Positions 1-8,378 of a stretch of 42,115 nucleotides of DNA are shown piece after piece. The stretch is from contig JALQYS010000093.1 of the NCBI GenBank assembly GCA_023254015.1, positions 1-42,115 of the forward strand, in the 5' to 3' direction. The stretch comes from Paracoccaceae bacterium. Lineage in GTDB: Bacteria; Pseudomonadota; Alphaproteobacteria; Rhodobacterales; Rhodobacteraceae. Position 1 is the stretch's first letter, and every line of letters starts with the position of its first letter. Made by a program: the position numbers and the translations under genes. The notes under the pieces are model-generated. The model saw only the letters and a program-made list of their open reading frames with translations, searched no databases and was not told the DNA's origin.

Positions 1-1
1 C

Positions 2-331
2 TTTGTTGGCAAATCGAAGTCGATGGAGATGCATCTTACAGGGCGCTTCATGGACGCCGCCGAGGCCGAACGCTGCGGACTGGTCAGCCGCGTGGTGCCT
101 GCGGCCGAACTGGTCGAGGATGCGCTCAAAACCGCCGCCAAGATCGGCCAGAAATCGCAGGTCGCGGTGATGGCGGTCAAGGAATCGGTCAACCGTGCGC
201 AGGAAACCAGCCTGCGCGAAGGGCTTTTGTTCGAACGCCGCATGTTCCACGCCATGTTTGCGACCGAGGATCAGAAGGAAGGCATGGCCGCCTTCCTTGA
301 AAAGCGCCCCGCGGCGTTCAAGGACCGCTAG
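2..331 (+). CDS. Enoyl-CoA hydratase (crotonase family), 5'-truncated by window edge
   Basis: Open frame from base 2 ([33 protein letters not shown]...[18 protein letters not shown]), the typical crotonase C-terminus. Confidence 0.92.
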   Translation, partial: FVGKSKSMEMHLTGRFMDAAEAERCGLVSRVVPAAELVEDALKTAAKIGQKSQVAVMAVKESVNRAQETSLREGLLFERRMFHAMFATEDQKEGMAAFLEKRPAAFKDR

Positions 332-345
332 ACGCGGATTTATGG

Positions 346-374
346 TTTCCTTTTGCATCCGCTTGCCCTATAGG
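346..374 (+). promoter_or_regulatory. Putative sigma70 promoter of rpsT
   Basis: TTTCCT(346-351)-N17-TATAGG(369-374). Confidence 0.4.
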
Positions 375-487
375 CCTGCGGTACATGCGTGTGGGCCCGC
401 TTTGGCAAGAATCATCCCTTCATCTTTGAGGGGGCCTTGGGGCTTTTGCGCGATAGAATTGAACCGACCCCAAGGGATACCATACCG

Positions 488-763
488 ATGGCAAATACTG
501 CCCAGTCCAAAAAGCGCGCCCGCCAGTCCGAGGCTCGTCAAGACGTCAACAAAGCCCGCCGCTCGCGCATCCGCACCTTCCTGCGCAAGGTCGAAGAGGC
601 TCTGTCCTCGGGCAATGCAGATGCTGCTGCGGCGGCCCTGAACGCCGCCCAGCCCGAGCTGATGCGCGGTGTGACCAAGGGTGTGCTGCACAAGAACACC
701 GCGTCGCGCAAGATGTCGCGCCTGACTTCGCGCGTCAAAGCGCTGGCTGCGCCCAAGGCCTGA
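488..763 (+). CDS. rpsT: 30S ribosomal protein S20
   Basis: [13 protein letters not shown]...[18 protein letters not shown]...[16 protein letters not shown]; 91 aa from ATG 488 with AAGGGA SD. Confidence 0.98.
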   Translation: MANTAQSKKRARQSEARQDVNKARRSRIRTFLRKVEEALSSGNADAAAAALNAAQPELMRGVTKGVLHKNTASRKMSRLTSRVKALAAPKA

Positions 764-786
764 GACCGGCCTGACCGATTCTTCGC

Positions 787-820
787 AAGGGCGTCCCGCA
801 AGGGGCGCCCTTCGTCATTT
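787..820 (+). terminator. Hairpin/intrinsic terminator after rpsT
   Basis: AAGGGCGTCCC-GCAA-GGGGCGCCCTT, 11-bp stem with GNRA loop, followed by T-rich sequence. Confidence 0.7.
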
Positions 821-861
821 TCCCGCCACCTTTTCCCACCCTGACGCCGGCTTTCCGGGCC

Positions 862-982
862 TTTTCCAGACCGGCGTTGCCATTTTGCACAGGCCTTCCG
901 ATTCCCGGCGGCCGTTTTTCTGTCAAGCGCATAGTTCGGTTGCACCCGCTCGTGACGACTTGCTAGCTTGCCCATGCGATTC
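862..982 (+). promoter_or_regulatory. Putative dnaA promoter region with DnaA-box-like and GANTC sites
   Basis: TTTTCCAGA (862-870) and TTTTGCACA (883-891, fits TTWTNCACA); TTGCAC(940-945)-N18-TAGCTT(964-969); GANTC at 900-904 and 978-982. Confidence 0.45.
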
Positions 983-1278
983 ACTTCGACCTGGGGGACA
1001 AAACGCGACCCTGAACGAAAACCCGGCCGGTTGCTGCCAAGTATGACCGGAAAAACAAAGGGAAAATCGTTCAAGATCATCGCGTTGGACAGTCTGCTGC
1101 GTTCGCGGTCTGACAAATGCAAGTCACGGGCATCAGAGAGCTTCTCTGGTGGCTTGTTCTTGCGTCCTGTGTTCCAGGGCCGGCGTTTGCCGGTCTGATG
1201 TGGCTCGCTTGGAAGATGAAACAACAAGATCAAGGCGCGGCCCGGCTGTTGGGGTCAGCGCCAGAGGCGGAAGAACGA

Positions 1279-2649
1279 ATGACGAATGAGGCCTGGGGCA
1301 AGCTGCGCGAAGACCTGATCAAGCGCGTCGGCCGTAACAACTACACGACCTGGATCGAACCCATTCGTCTGGCAGAGCTGCAAGGCTCGGTCGCGCGTTT
1401 TGAAGTGCCGACCTCGTTCTTCGGGGATTGGGTGTCGCGCAATTTCTCCGACCACATCCTGCATCAGCTGAATGCCTCTGGGCAGGACGTCTCGCGCGTG
1501 GAATTCTTCGTGCCGCAGGTCAGCCAGCCGCGCGCCGTGCGGGCGGCGGCTTCGGCGCCGGCCAAACCGGCACCGCGCCTGTCCCGCCGCGCCGCCAATG
1601 ACGAGGAACTGCCCGGCGCCACGCTGGACGCCCGCTTTACCTTTGACAGTTTCGTCGTGGGCAAGCCGAATGAACTGGCCCATGCCGCCGCCCGCCGGGT
1701 GGCCGAGGGCGGGCCCGTCACCTTCAACCCGCTGTTCCTGTATGGTGGGGTTGGCCTTGGCAAGACCCACCTCATGCATGCCATTGCCCATGAATTGCAG
1801 GTCCGTCAGCCTGATCTGCGGGTGCTGTATCTGTCGGCAGAACAATTCATGTATCGCTTCGTGCAAGCCCTGCGTGACAAGCAGATCATGGACTTCAAGG
1901 AAATCTTCCGCTCGGTCGATGTGCTGATGGTGGATGACGTGCAGTTCATCGCCGGCAAGGACAGCACGCAAGAGGAATTCTTTCACACCTTCAATGCCCT
2001 GGTTGACCAGAACAAGCAGATCATCATCTCGGCCGACCGCGCGCCGGGCGAGATCAAGGATCTGGAGGACCGTATCAAGAGCCGCCTGCAATGCGGGCTG
2101 GTCGTGGACCTGCATCCCACCGATTACGAACTGCGTCTTGGCATCCTGCAGCAAAAGGCCGAGACCTACCGCCAGCAATACCCCGGCTTGCAGATTGCCC
2201 CCGGTGTGCTGGATTTCCTGGCCCATCGCATCACCACAAACGTTCGCGTTCTGGAAGGGGCATTGACCCGCCTTTTCGCCTTTGCCTCGCTTGTGGGCCG
2301 CGAAATCACGCTGGAACTGGCGCAGGATTGCCTTGCTGACATTCTGCGCGCCTCGGATCGCAAGCTGACGATCGAGGAAATCCAGCGCAAGGTGGCCGAG
2401 CATTACAACATCCGCCTGTCTGACATGATCGGGCCCAAGCGGCTGCGCAACATCGCCCGGCCCCGGCAGGTGGCAATGTACCTGGCCAAGCAGCTGACCC
2501 CGCGCAGCCTGCCGGAAATCGGCCGCCGTTTCGGTGGGCGGGATCACACGACCATCATGCATGGGGTCAAGAAGATTGAAGAGCTGATGGCCACCGACAG
2601 CCAGTTGAATGACGATCTGAACCTGCTGAAGCGCCTGCTTCAGGGCTGA
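1279..2649 (+). CDS. dnaA: Chromosomal replication initiator protein DnaA
   Basis: FTFDSFVVGKPN, FNPLFLYGGVGLGKTHL (Walker A), VLMVDDVQF, RPRQVAMYL, GGRDHTTIMH; start at MTNEAW (1279) preferred over ATG 1117. Confidence 0.98.
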   Translation: MTNEAWGKLREDLIKRVGRNNYTTWIEPIRLAELQGSVARFEVPTSFFGDWVSRNFSDHILHQLNASGQDVSRVEFFVPQVSQPRAVRAAASAPAKPAPRLSRRAANDEELPGATLDARFTFDSFVVGKPNELAHAAARRVAEGGPVTFNPLFLYGGVGLGKTHLMHAIAHELQVRQPDLRVLYLSAEQFMYRFVQALRDKQIMDFKEIFRSVDVLMVDDVQFIAGKDSTQEEFFHTFNALVDQNKQIIISADRAPGEIKDLEDRIKSRLQCGLVVDLHPTDYELRLGILQQKAETYRQQYPGLQIAPGVLDFLAHRITTNVRVLEGALTRLFAFASLVGREITLELAQDCLADILRASDRKLTIEEIQRKVAEHYNIRLSDMIGPKRLRNIARPRQVAMYLAKQLTPRSLPEIGRRFGGRDHTTIMHGVKKIEELMATDSQLNDDLNLLKRLLQG

Positions 2650-2682
2650 TCCCCCAAGCCAGAACGCAATTGCCAGAATCGT

Positions 2683-2714
2683 AAGGGCCTGCTCCATCGG
2701 GGCCGGCCCTTTTC
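2683..2714 (+). terminator. Intrinsic terminator after dnaA, between convergent genes
   Basis: AAGGGCCTGCTCC-ATC-GGGGCCGGCCCTT followed by TT. Confidence 0.6.
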
Positions 2715-3870
2715 ATATTCTGGCCGCCGCCCGGCCAGCCCAACGGCCCGTGGCCCATGAGGCCGTCAGCAGATAGCCACCAGTCGGGGCCTCCCAATCC
2801 AGCATCTCGCCCGCGACGAAAATTCCGGGCAGGGACTTGAGCTCCAGATCCCCGGTCACGGCGGACCATGCGACCCCCCCGGCGACAGAAATCGCCTCGT
2901 CCAGCGGGCGGGGGCCTTGCAGCCGGGCGGGCAATGCCTTGACCGCCTGCGCAACGTCCATGCCACGCCCCCATTCCATCACCAGCGCAACGGTGGCCGG
3001 GGGCAGGCCCAGTTTCCGCAGCCGGTTCGCAGTGCTTTCGCCCGGTTTCATCCGGGATAGACGCGCAGCGATCTCGGCCTGCGGCAGGTCTGGAATGAGG
3101 TCGATCGTCAATGCCCCCCCCTGCCGCAAGACGCGGCTCAGGGCATAGATCCCGCCGCCTTCCACCCCCTTGGCCGAAAGGACAAACTCGCCGCGCTCTC
3201 GCAGACCCCCGGCCATAAGCGCCGCGCCCTTGATCGCTTGCCCGAAATGGCGGGCCATATGGGGCGACCAGTCCACGACAAAGCCCATGTTGGCGGGCTG
3301 CCAGGGCGTCACGTCGACCGCCCGTTCGGCCAGCCACGGCACCCAAGCCCCATCCGCCCCCAGACGCGCCCAACTCGCCCCGCCAAGTGCCAGAACGGTA
3401 ACACGCGGGCGCAGGGTTTCAGGCCCCTCGGCGGTGTCAAAGGTTAGGGCCTTGCCCTGAAACCCCGTCCAGCGCCAGCGGCTGCGCAACTCCACCCCAA
3501 GCCCGGCCAGCCGTGCAAGCCACGCCCGCAGCAGGGGCGAGCCCTTCATCACCACCGGGAATACCCGCCCGGAAGAGCCGGTGAACACCTCTTGCCCAAG
3601 GCCCCGGCAAAAGGCCTTTACCGCGTCGGGGCCGAAATCGGCCAGAATCGGGCGCAGTTTTTCAGGGCAGTCATAAGCGGCAAGAAAGGCCTCGGGCGGC
3701 TGATCCTTGGTCACGTTCAGCCCCGATTTTCCCGCCATCAGGAATTTCCGCGCCGGTGAAGGCTTGGCCTCGACGACCAGCACGCGGCGCCCGGCGCGGG
3801 CCAGTTCTTCGGCCGCCATCAACCCGGCGGGGCCTGCCCCGATGACCAGCGCCTCAACCAAGTCTTGCAC
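2713..3870 (-). CDS. HI0933/BaiN-like flavoprotein (TIGR03862-type NAD(P)/FAD-dependent oxidoreductase)
   Basis: VIGAGPAGLMAA Rossmann motif, RKFLMAGKSGLNVT, GSSGRVFP, AISVAGGV, GEMLDWEAPTGGYLL. Confidence 0.9.
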   Translation of the reverse strand: MQDLVEALVIGAGPAGLMAAEELARAGRRVLVVEAKPSPARKFLMAGKSGLNVTKDQPPEAFLAAYDCPEKLRPILADFGPDAVKAFCRGLGQEVFTGSSGRVFPVVMKGSPLLRAWLARLAGLGVELRSRWRWTGFQGKALTFDTAEGPETLRPRVTVLALGGASWARLGADGAWVPWLAERAVDVTPWQPANMGFVVDWSPHMARHFGQAIKGAALMAGGLRERGEFVLSAKGVEGGGIYALSRVLRQGGALTIDLIPDLPQAEIAARLSRMKPGESTANRLRKLGLPPATVALVMEWGRGMDVAQAVKALPARLQGPRPLDEAISVAGGVAWSAVTGDLELKSLPGIFVAGEMLDWEAPTGGYLLTASWATGRWAGRAAARI

Positions 3871-5164
3871 CCTTCACTTCGACAACCCGATGCGGATAGG
3901 GCATCTCGATGCCTTCAGCCTTCAGCGCGTTCCAGATCGCGAACAGCACCTGCGAGCCGTATTTGTTCTTGCCGTCGTCGATGCCGGAAACCCAGTATTC
4001 CACTGCGAAATCGACGCTGCTTTCGCCAAACCCCCGCAATTCGCAATCCGGCCCGTCAGGAGCCTGCAAGACAAAAGGCAAGGCGCCGACGGCCTGTTCG
4101 ATGATCCCGGGCACGCGGTTGATGTCGGTGTCATAGCTGACCGAAAACGGCGCCTCATAGCGGTTGGCGCTGCCCTGATCGGAATAGTTCACCACCCGCG
4201 TTGTGATGAAATGGTCGTTCGGAACGACAATCCACTTGCCGTCAAAGGTTTCCAGCACACAGGCGCGGGCGGTCATCTTGACGATGGTGCCTTTCTCGCC
4301 GCCATCCAGCTCGACGTAATCGCCGACGGTGGTCTGGCCTTCGACAAGCAGGATGATGCCCGACACAAAGTTCGCGGCAATCTGTTGCAGGCCAAGGCCG
4401 ACGCCGACGCCCAAGGCCCCGCCCAGAACGGCGACGGCGGTCAGATCGATGCCCATGATCGACAAGAGCAGCAGAAAGGCCGCGCCAAAGATCATCACCT
4501 CTACCGCCTTGACGGCCAGCTCGCGGGTGGCGGGGCGCAGCTCTTCCTGTGCCTTGATATAGCTGGCGCTTTGCCGGTTCGACCAGCTTCCCAGCCAGAA
4601 CAGCACCGACCCGGCGATCACCCCGCGGATCAGCGCCATGACCGAAAAGCGGATGTTGCCCAGGGTGATGATGGTCTCTTCCAGCCGGGTGGTGATGTCG
4701 TCCAGCAAACCCAGCGCATAAAGGGCGGCCACCGGGATCAGCACATACTTGCCCAAGAGGCGCAGGAAACTGTCGGTCAGAACCTCGCGCACGAAGATCC
4801 GGGCGGCAAGGAAGATGAACAGGCGTTTGCCAAAGGCGATCACCTCGCCCGAGCCAAAGGTGGCCCGGGTGATCTCTTCGCCCAGCGCGGTCAGGCCATA
4901 GGCGACAAGCGGCAGGATCAGCGGCAAGAAGCGCAGGGCAAAGCGGCGGGCATTGGCGATATGGCCGGTTTTCTCTCCGGGGTCGACAAAGCGGGTAACG
5001 ATGGGGCTGGCACGGCGCGTCGCCAGACGCGCGGCAACCAGCGCTACGGCCAGAAGGGCGAATTGCGACCAAGCGGCCGGAGACAAGAGCCAGCCCAGAG
5101 TGATGTCGCCCGCCTGTTGCAGCCAGCCGGTCAGTTTTGCGGCAAGATCGCCCTGTCCTTCCAT
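3854..5164 (-). CDS. Small-conductance mechanosensitive channel (MscS family)
   Basis: Multiple TM helices, GGALGVGVGLGLQQIAANFVSGIILL, VGDYVE, IVVPN, VVNYS, IEMPYPHR; ATG 5164 or GTG 5173 start. Confidence 0.92.
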   Translation of the reverse strand: MEGQGDLAAKLTGWLQQAGDITLGWLLSPAAWSQFALLAVALVAARLATRRASPIVTRFVDPGEKTGHIANARRFALRFLPLILPLVAYGLTALGEEITRATFGSGEVIAFGKRLFIFLAARIFVREVLTDSFLRLLGKYVLIPVAALYALGLLDDITTRLEETIITLGNIRFSVMALIRGVIAGSVLFWLGSWSNRQSASYIKAQEELRPATRELAVKAVEVMIFGAAFLLLLSIMGIDLTAVAVLGGALGVGVGLGLQQIAANFVSGIILLVEGQTTVGDYVELDGGEKGTIVKMTARACVLETFDGKWIVVPNDHFITTRVVNYSDQGSANRYEAPFSVSYDTDINRVPGIIEQAVGALPFVLQAPDGPDCELRGFGESSVDFAVEYWVSGIDDGKNKYGSQVLFAIWNALKAEGIEMPYPHRVVEVKGARLG

Positions 5165-5245
5165 CTTTTTCACCCCTTACGCGCCGGCCCTTGTCTTGGT
5201 CCAAAGCCGCGCCATCCTGTGACACCAGATCAGGTTGGAAACAAG

Positions 5246-5542
5246 ATGACAGACCCGCTTTGCCCGCTGTGCCTGCGCCCCATTCCACCGGATGTGCCGC
5301 AAAGCCTGCATCATCTGGTGCCGCGGCTGAAGGGCGGCAAAGGGGGCGAAGTGGTACTGTTGCACCACATCTGCCACAAGGAGGTGCACGCACGCTTTAC
5401 CGAAGCGGAACTGGCGCGCAGCTTTCCCACGGTCGAGGCCCTGCGCGGGTCTGACCGGTTGCGGCCGTTTCTGGACTGGGTGGCCAAACGCCCACCGGGT
5501 TTTCTCAGCCGGGTTCCGGGCGGCCATCGGCGAAAGCCGTGA
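5246..5542 (+). CDS. Small HNH-endonuclease-like protein (98 aa)
   Basis: MTDPLCPLCLRP...SLHHLVPRLKGG...LHHICHKEVH; this is the C-terminal part of listed ORF 3707..5542. Confidence 0.75.
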   Translation: MTDPLCPLCLRPIPPDVPQSLHHLVPRLKGGKGGEVVLLHHICHKEVHARFTEAELARSFPTVEALRGSDRLRPFLDWVAKRPPGFLSRVPGGHRRKP

Positions 5543-5626
5543 CCACGCGGCAGGCCCCCCTTTTCGCGCTGCGCGTTCCACGCGGCCTTGCTCGGTTCAG
5601 AGCGCAGAGCCGGTCGAAGATGTGCC

Positions 5627-5652
5627 AAAAGCCGGCAGTCATAGCCGCCGGC
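5627..5652 (-). terminator. Intrinsic terminator downstream of fliI
   Basis: Minus strand GCCGGCGG-CTATGA-CTGCCGGC-TTTT. Confidence 0.55.
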
Positions 5653-5659
5653 CAAACGG

Positions 5660-6961
5660 CTACTGGCCCAGAACGGCGGCAAGCCGACGAAAGCTGCCCG
5701 GAACGCCGTCGGCCGGCGCATCCTCGGCCAGGAAGGCATCCAGAGCCGGCCAGATCTTGATCGCGGCGTCGATGGCCGGATCGCTGCCCTTGGCGTAAAG
5801 CCCGGCCTGAATCATCATCTCGGCGCGATCCCAGGCCCCCAGCAGCCGGCGTGCCTCGGCGATCAGCCGGTTTTCCTCGTCGTTGGCTGCAGCTGGCAGG
5901 CTGCGCGAGACCGAGCGCAGCAGATCAATCGCCGGAAAGCGACCGCGTTCGGCAATCTTGCGGTCCATCACCACATGGCCATCCAGAACGCCGCGCAGAA
6001 TATCGGCCACCGGCTCCTCCATGTCGGACCCGGCAACCAGCACGGAAAAGACCGCCGTGATATCGCCCGCGCCCTCCGGTCCCGGCCCCGCGCGTTCGGC
6101 CAGCCCCATGATCGCCTGATTGAGCGAGGGCGGAAACCCACGCAGGGCGGGCACTTCGCCTGCGGCAAGGGCAACTTCGCGATGGGCCTCGGCAAAGCGG
6201 GTGATCGAATCCGCCAGAAACAACACATGCAGCCCCTGATCACGGAAGTGTTCGGCCACCGCCATGGCGGTCAAGGCGCAACGGCGGCGCGCCAGAGGCG
6301 ACTGGTCCGAGGTTGCCGCCACCACGACCGACCGTGCCATTCCGGTTGGTCCGAGAACCCTTTCCGTGAATTCCCGCAGTTCGCGCCCACGTTCGCCGAC
6401 AAGCGCGATCACCACCAGATCGGCCGCCACGCCACGGGCAAATTTGGCCAGAAGCGAGGATTTCCCCACACCTGACCCGGCAAAAAGGCCGATCCGCTGT
6501 CCCCGCACCAGAGGCAGCAGCGTGTCGAACACCGCGACTCCGGTTGAAAGGCGTTCCCCCAGCGCCCGGCGCGACGCGGCGGGCGGGGGCGCGGCTTGCA
6601 AGGCCCGTGCATTTGGGCCGCGAAACAGCGGCCTTCCGTCCAAGGGGCGCCCATACGGATCAACGATGCGGCCGATCCAGCCCTCATCAGGCGCAATCTC
6701 GGCCGGGCCGACCAATTCGACCGGCGCCCCGATCGGCAGGCCATCCGTCACCCCGTCAGCGAGCGCAATCGCACCTTGCGGCGAGAGGCGGATGATCTCT
6801 CCGCCCATGGCGCCGATGCGCAACCTGTCTCCCAGTCGCGCCCGCTGCTCAAGCCCGCGAACCTCGACTGTCCCGCGGGACAGCCCGGCAATCCGCCCCA
6901 CCGGCACGGCAACCTGAACCTCCGCAATCTGTGCCCGCAGCGCGGAAAAGACGTCAGCCAT
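5660..6961 (-). CDS. fliI: Flagellar export ATPase FliI
   Basis: GQRIGLFAGSGVGKS Walker A, ALVGERGRE, DSITRFAEAHRE, DGHVVMDR, FPAIDLLRSVSR; start MADVFS at 6961. Confidence 0.95.
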   Translation of the reverse strand: MADVFSALRAQIAEVQVAVPVGRIAGLSRGTVEVRGLEQRARLGDRLRIGAMGGEIIRLSPQGAIALADGVTDGLPIGAPVELVGPAEIAPDEGWIGRIVDPYGRPLDGRPLFRGPNARALQAAPPPAASRRALGERLSTGVAVFDTLLPLVRGQRIGLFAGSGVGKSSLLAKFARGVAADLVVIALVGERGRELREFTERVLGPTGMARSVVVAATSDQSPLARRRCALTAMAVAEHFRDQGLHVLFLADSITRFAEAHREVALAAGEVPALRGFPPSLNQAIMGLAERAGPGPEGAGDITAVFSVLVAGSDMEEPVADILRGVLDGHVVMDRKIAERGRFPAIDLLRSVSRSLPAAANDEENRLIAEARRLLGAWDRAEMMIQAGLYAKGSDPAIDAAIKIWPALDAFLAEDAPADGVPGSFRRLAAVLGQ

Positions 6962-7004
6962 GAGATTCTCCCTTTGTTCCTTACCTTTTCTAAAGGAATC
7001 ACCC

Positions 7005-7019
7005 TTAAGCCTTGATGAA
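7005..7019. promoter_or_regulatory. CtrA-binding-site-like motif in divergent fliI/flgB region
   Basis: TTAA-GCCTTGA-TGAA (1 mismatch to TTAA-N7-TTAA); GANTC at 6964 and 6996. Confidence 0.6.
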
Positions 7020-7041
7020 AGAGGCAAGGGGAGAAGCCCCA

Positions 7042-7425
7042 ATGTTTGAAAAACTGCAACTTACTGCAATGGCACAGGCGATGGCCTCGCATGCCGGGGC
7101 ACGCATGGGCCTGATCGCCCAGAACATCGCCCATGCCGATACGCCCGGGTTCAAGGCGATGGATCTGCCCTCCTTTGCCGAGGCCTATCGCGCAACCAGC
7201 CCAGGTGAATTGCGGCAGACGCGCGCCGGCCATCTTGGCGGCCTTCCCGCCGAAGCGTTGATGTCCCCGCGCAAAAGTCCGGGGATGGAGGCGCCGAACG
7301 GCAATTCGGTTTCTCTGGAACAGGAAATGGTCAAGGCCGCAAGTGCGCGGCAAGACCATGAAATGGCACTGGCCATCTATCGCAACACCTCGGACATCGT
7401 CCGCGCCAGCCTTGGCCGCAAGTAA
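7042..7425 (+). CDS. flgB: Flagellar basal-body rod protein FlgB
   Basis: IAQNIAHADTPGFKAMD, PNGNSVSLEQEM. Confidence 0.93.
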   Translation: MFEKLQLTAMAQAMASHAGARMGLIAQNIAHADTPGFKAMDLPSFAEAYRATSPGELRQTRAGHLGGLPAEALMSPRKSPGMEAPNGNSVSLEQEMVKAASARQDHEMALAIYRNTSDIVRASLGRK

Positions 7426-7435
7426 GGGGGCATGG

Positions 7436-7816
7436 ATGAGCGATCTGTTGAAATCCCTCTCCTACGCGGCCTCGGGCATGGAGGCCCAGGCCATGCGCCT
7501 GCGGCATCTGTCCGAGAACATCGCCAATGCAGATACCCCCGGCTACCACCGGAAAATCTTGTCTTTTCAAGAAGAAATGCAAACCGGGCAGGTAAAGGCC
7601 GGCCCGGTGAAGCTGGACCGCGGCGAATTGCTGCGGGTCTACGACCCCGGCCACCCGCTGGCAGATGAAACCGGTCACTATGATGGATCGAACGTCGATC
7701 TGGTGATCGAAATCGCTGACGCGCGCGAAGCGCAGCGCAGCTATGAGGCGAATCTCAAGATGTTCGATCAGGCGCGGCAAATGACGCAAAGCCTGTTCGA
7801 TCTTCTGCGTCGATAA
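7436..7816 (+). CDS. flgC: Flagellar basal-body rod protein FlgC
   Basis: ASGMEAQAMRLRHLSENIANADTPGY, YDPGHPLADETG, QRSYEANL. Confidence 0.95.
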   Translation: MSDLLKSLSYAASGMEAQAMRLRHLSENIANADTPGYHRKILSFQEEMQTGQVKAGPVKLDRGELLRVYDPGHPLADETGHYDGSNVDLVIEIADAREAQRSYEANLKMFDQARQMTQSLFDLLRR

Positions 7817-7828
7817 GAGGGCTTTGGA

Positions 7829-8113
7829 ATGGACGTCAGAACCTCACTTGCAACGCAAAGCTATGCGCAGGCCCGCAATGCCGCCGCGCCAAACGCTGGC
7901 GCGGCGGAAGCCGGATTTGCACGCTTTGCGAGCAACTTTGCCGAAACCCTGGTGCAGGGCGAACAGACCGCCCGCGCCGCAATGGCCGGAGGGGCGGACC
8001 CCCATGCGTTGGCGCAGGCCCTCGCCTCCAGCCAACTGGCCGTCGAAACGGTGGTCACCGTGCGCGACAAGGTGGTGGAGGCCTATCAGGAGATCCTGAG
8101 GATGCCGATATGA
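7829..8113 (+). CDS. fliE: Flagellar hook-basal body protein FliE
   Basis: VRDKVVEAYQEILRMPI C-terminal signature. Confidence 0.95.
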   Translation: MDVRTSLATQSYAQARNAAAPNAGAAEAGFARFASNFAETLVQGEQTARAAMAGGADPHALAQALASSQLAVETVVTVRDKVVEAYQEILRMPI

Positions 8114-8376
8114 CGCAGGAAATCCTGTTTGATGTGCTGCGGCAGGGCCTTTGGGCCTCTGTGCTGATTTCGACGCCTTTGTTGGGCGTGGCGCTGGTGG
8201 CTGGGGTTGTCGTGGGCCTGTTTCAGGCGCTGACCTCGGTGCAGGAGGCCACGCTGACCTTTGTGCCGAAGGCCGGGCTGATGATCGCGGTGTTCTGGGC
8301 CTCGATGAGTTTCATGTCGGCGACCCTGGTCTCATTCTTTACCGACAGGGTTGTGCCCCTGATCGCGGGGAGTTGA
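8110..8376 (+). CDS. fliQ: Flagellar export protein FliQ
   Basis: GVVVGLFQALTSVQEATLTFVPK; ATGA overlap with fliE. Confidence 0.95.
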   Translation: MTQEILFDVLRQGLWASVLISTPLLGVALVAGVVVGLFQALTSVQEATLTFVPKAGLMIAVFWASMSFMSATLVSFFTDRVVPLIAGS

Positions 8377-8378
8377 CC

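Noticed and set aside
764-1278. rpsT-dnaA intergenic region as oriC
   Set aside because: Only one consensus-matching and one near-matching DnaA box, with no clear AT-rich unwinding element or DnaA-trio tract. Not callable without GC-skew data.
1117-1278. 54-aa N-terminal extension of DnaA
   Set aside because: Not DnaA-like, overlaps a structured leader, and MTNEAW at 1279 is a typical domain I start with a GAGG upstream.
1255-2697. 480-aa antisense ORF to dnaA, and similar long antisense ORFs over flhA, flgK, the RND genes, ccrM and mutY
   Set aside because: Shadow ORFs expected from high-GC codon bias; no motifs, and they overlap well-supported genes.
3707-5542. 611-aa ORF
   Set aside because: Mostly the antisense shadow of the MscS gene; only the last 98 aa (ATG 5246) looks like a real protein.
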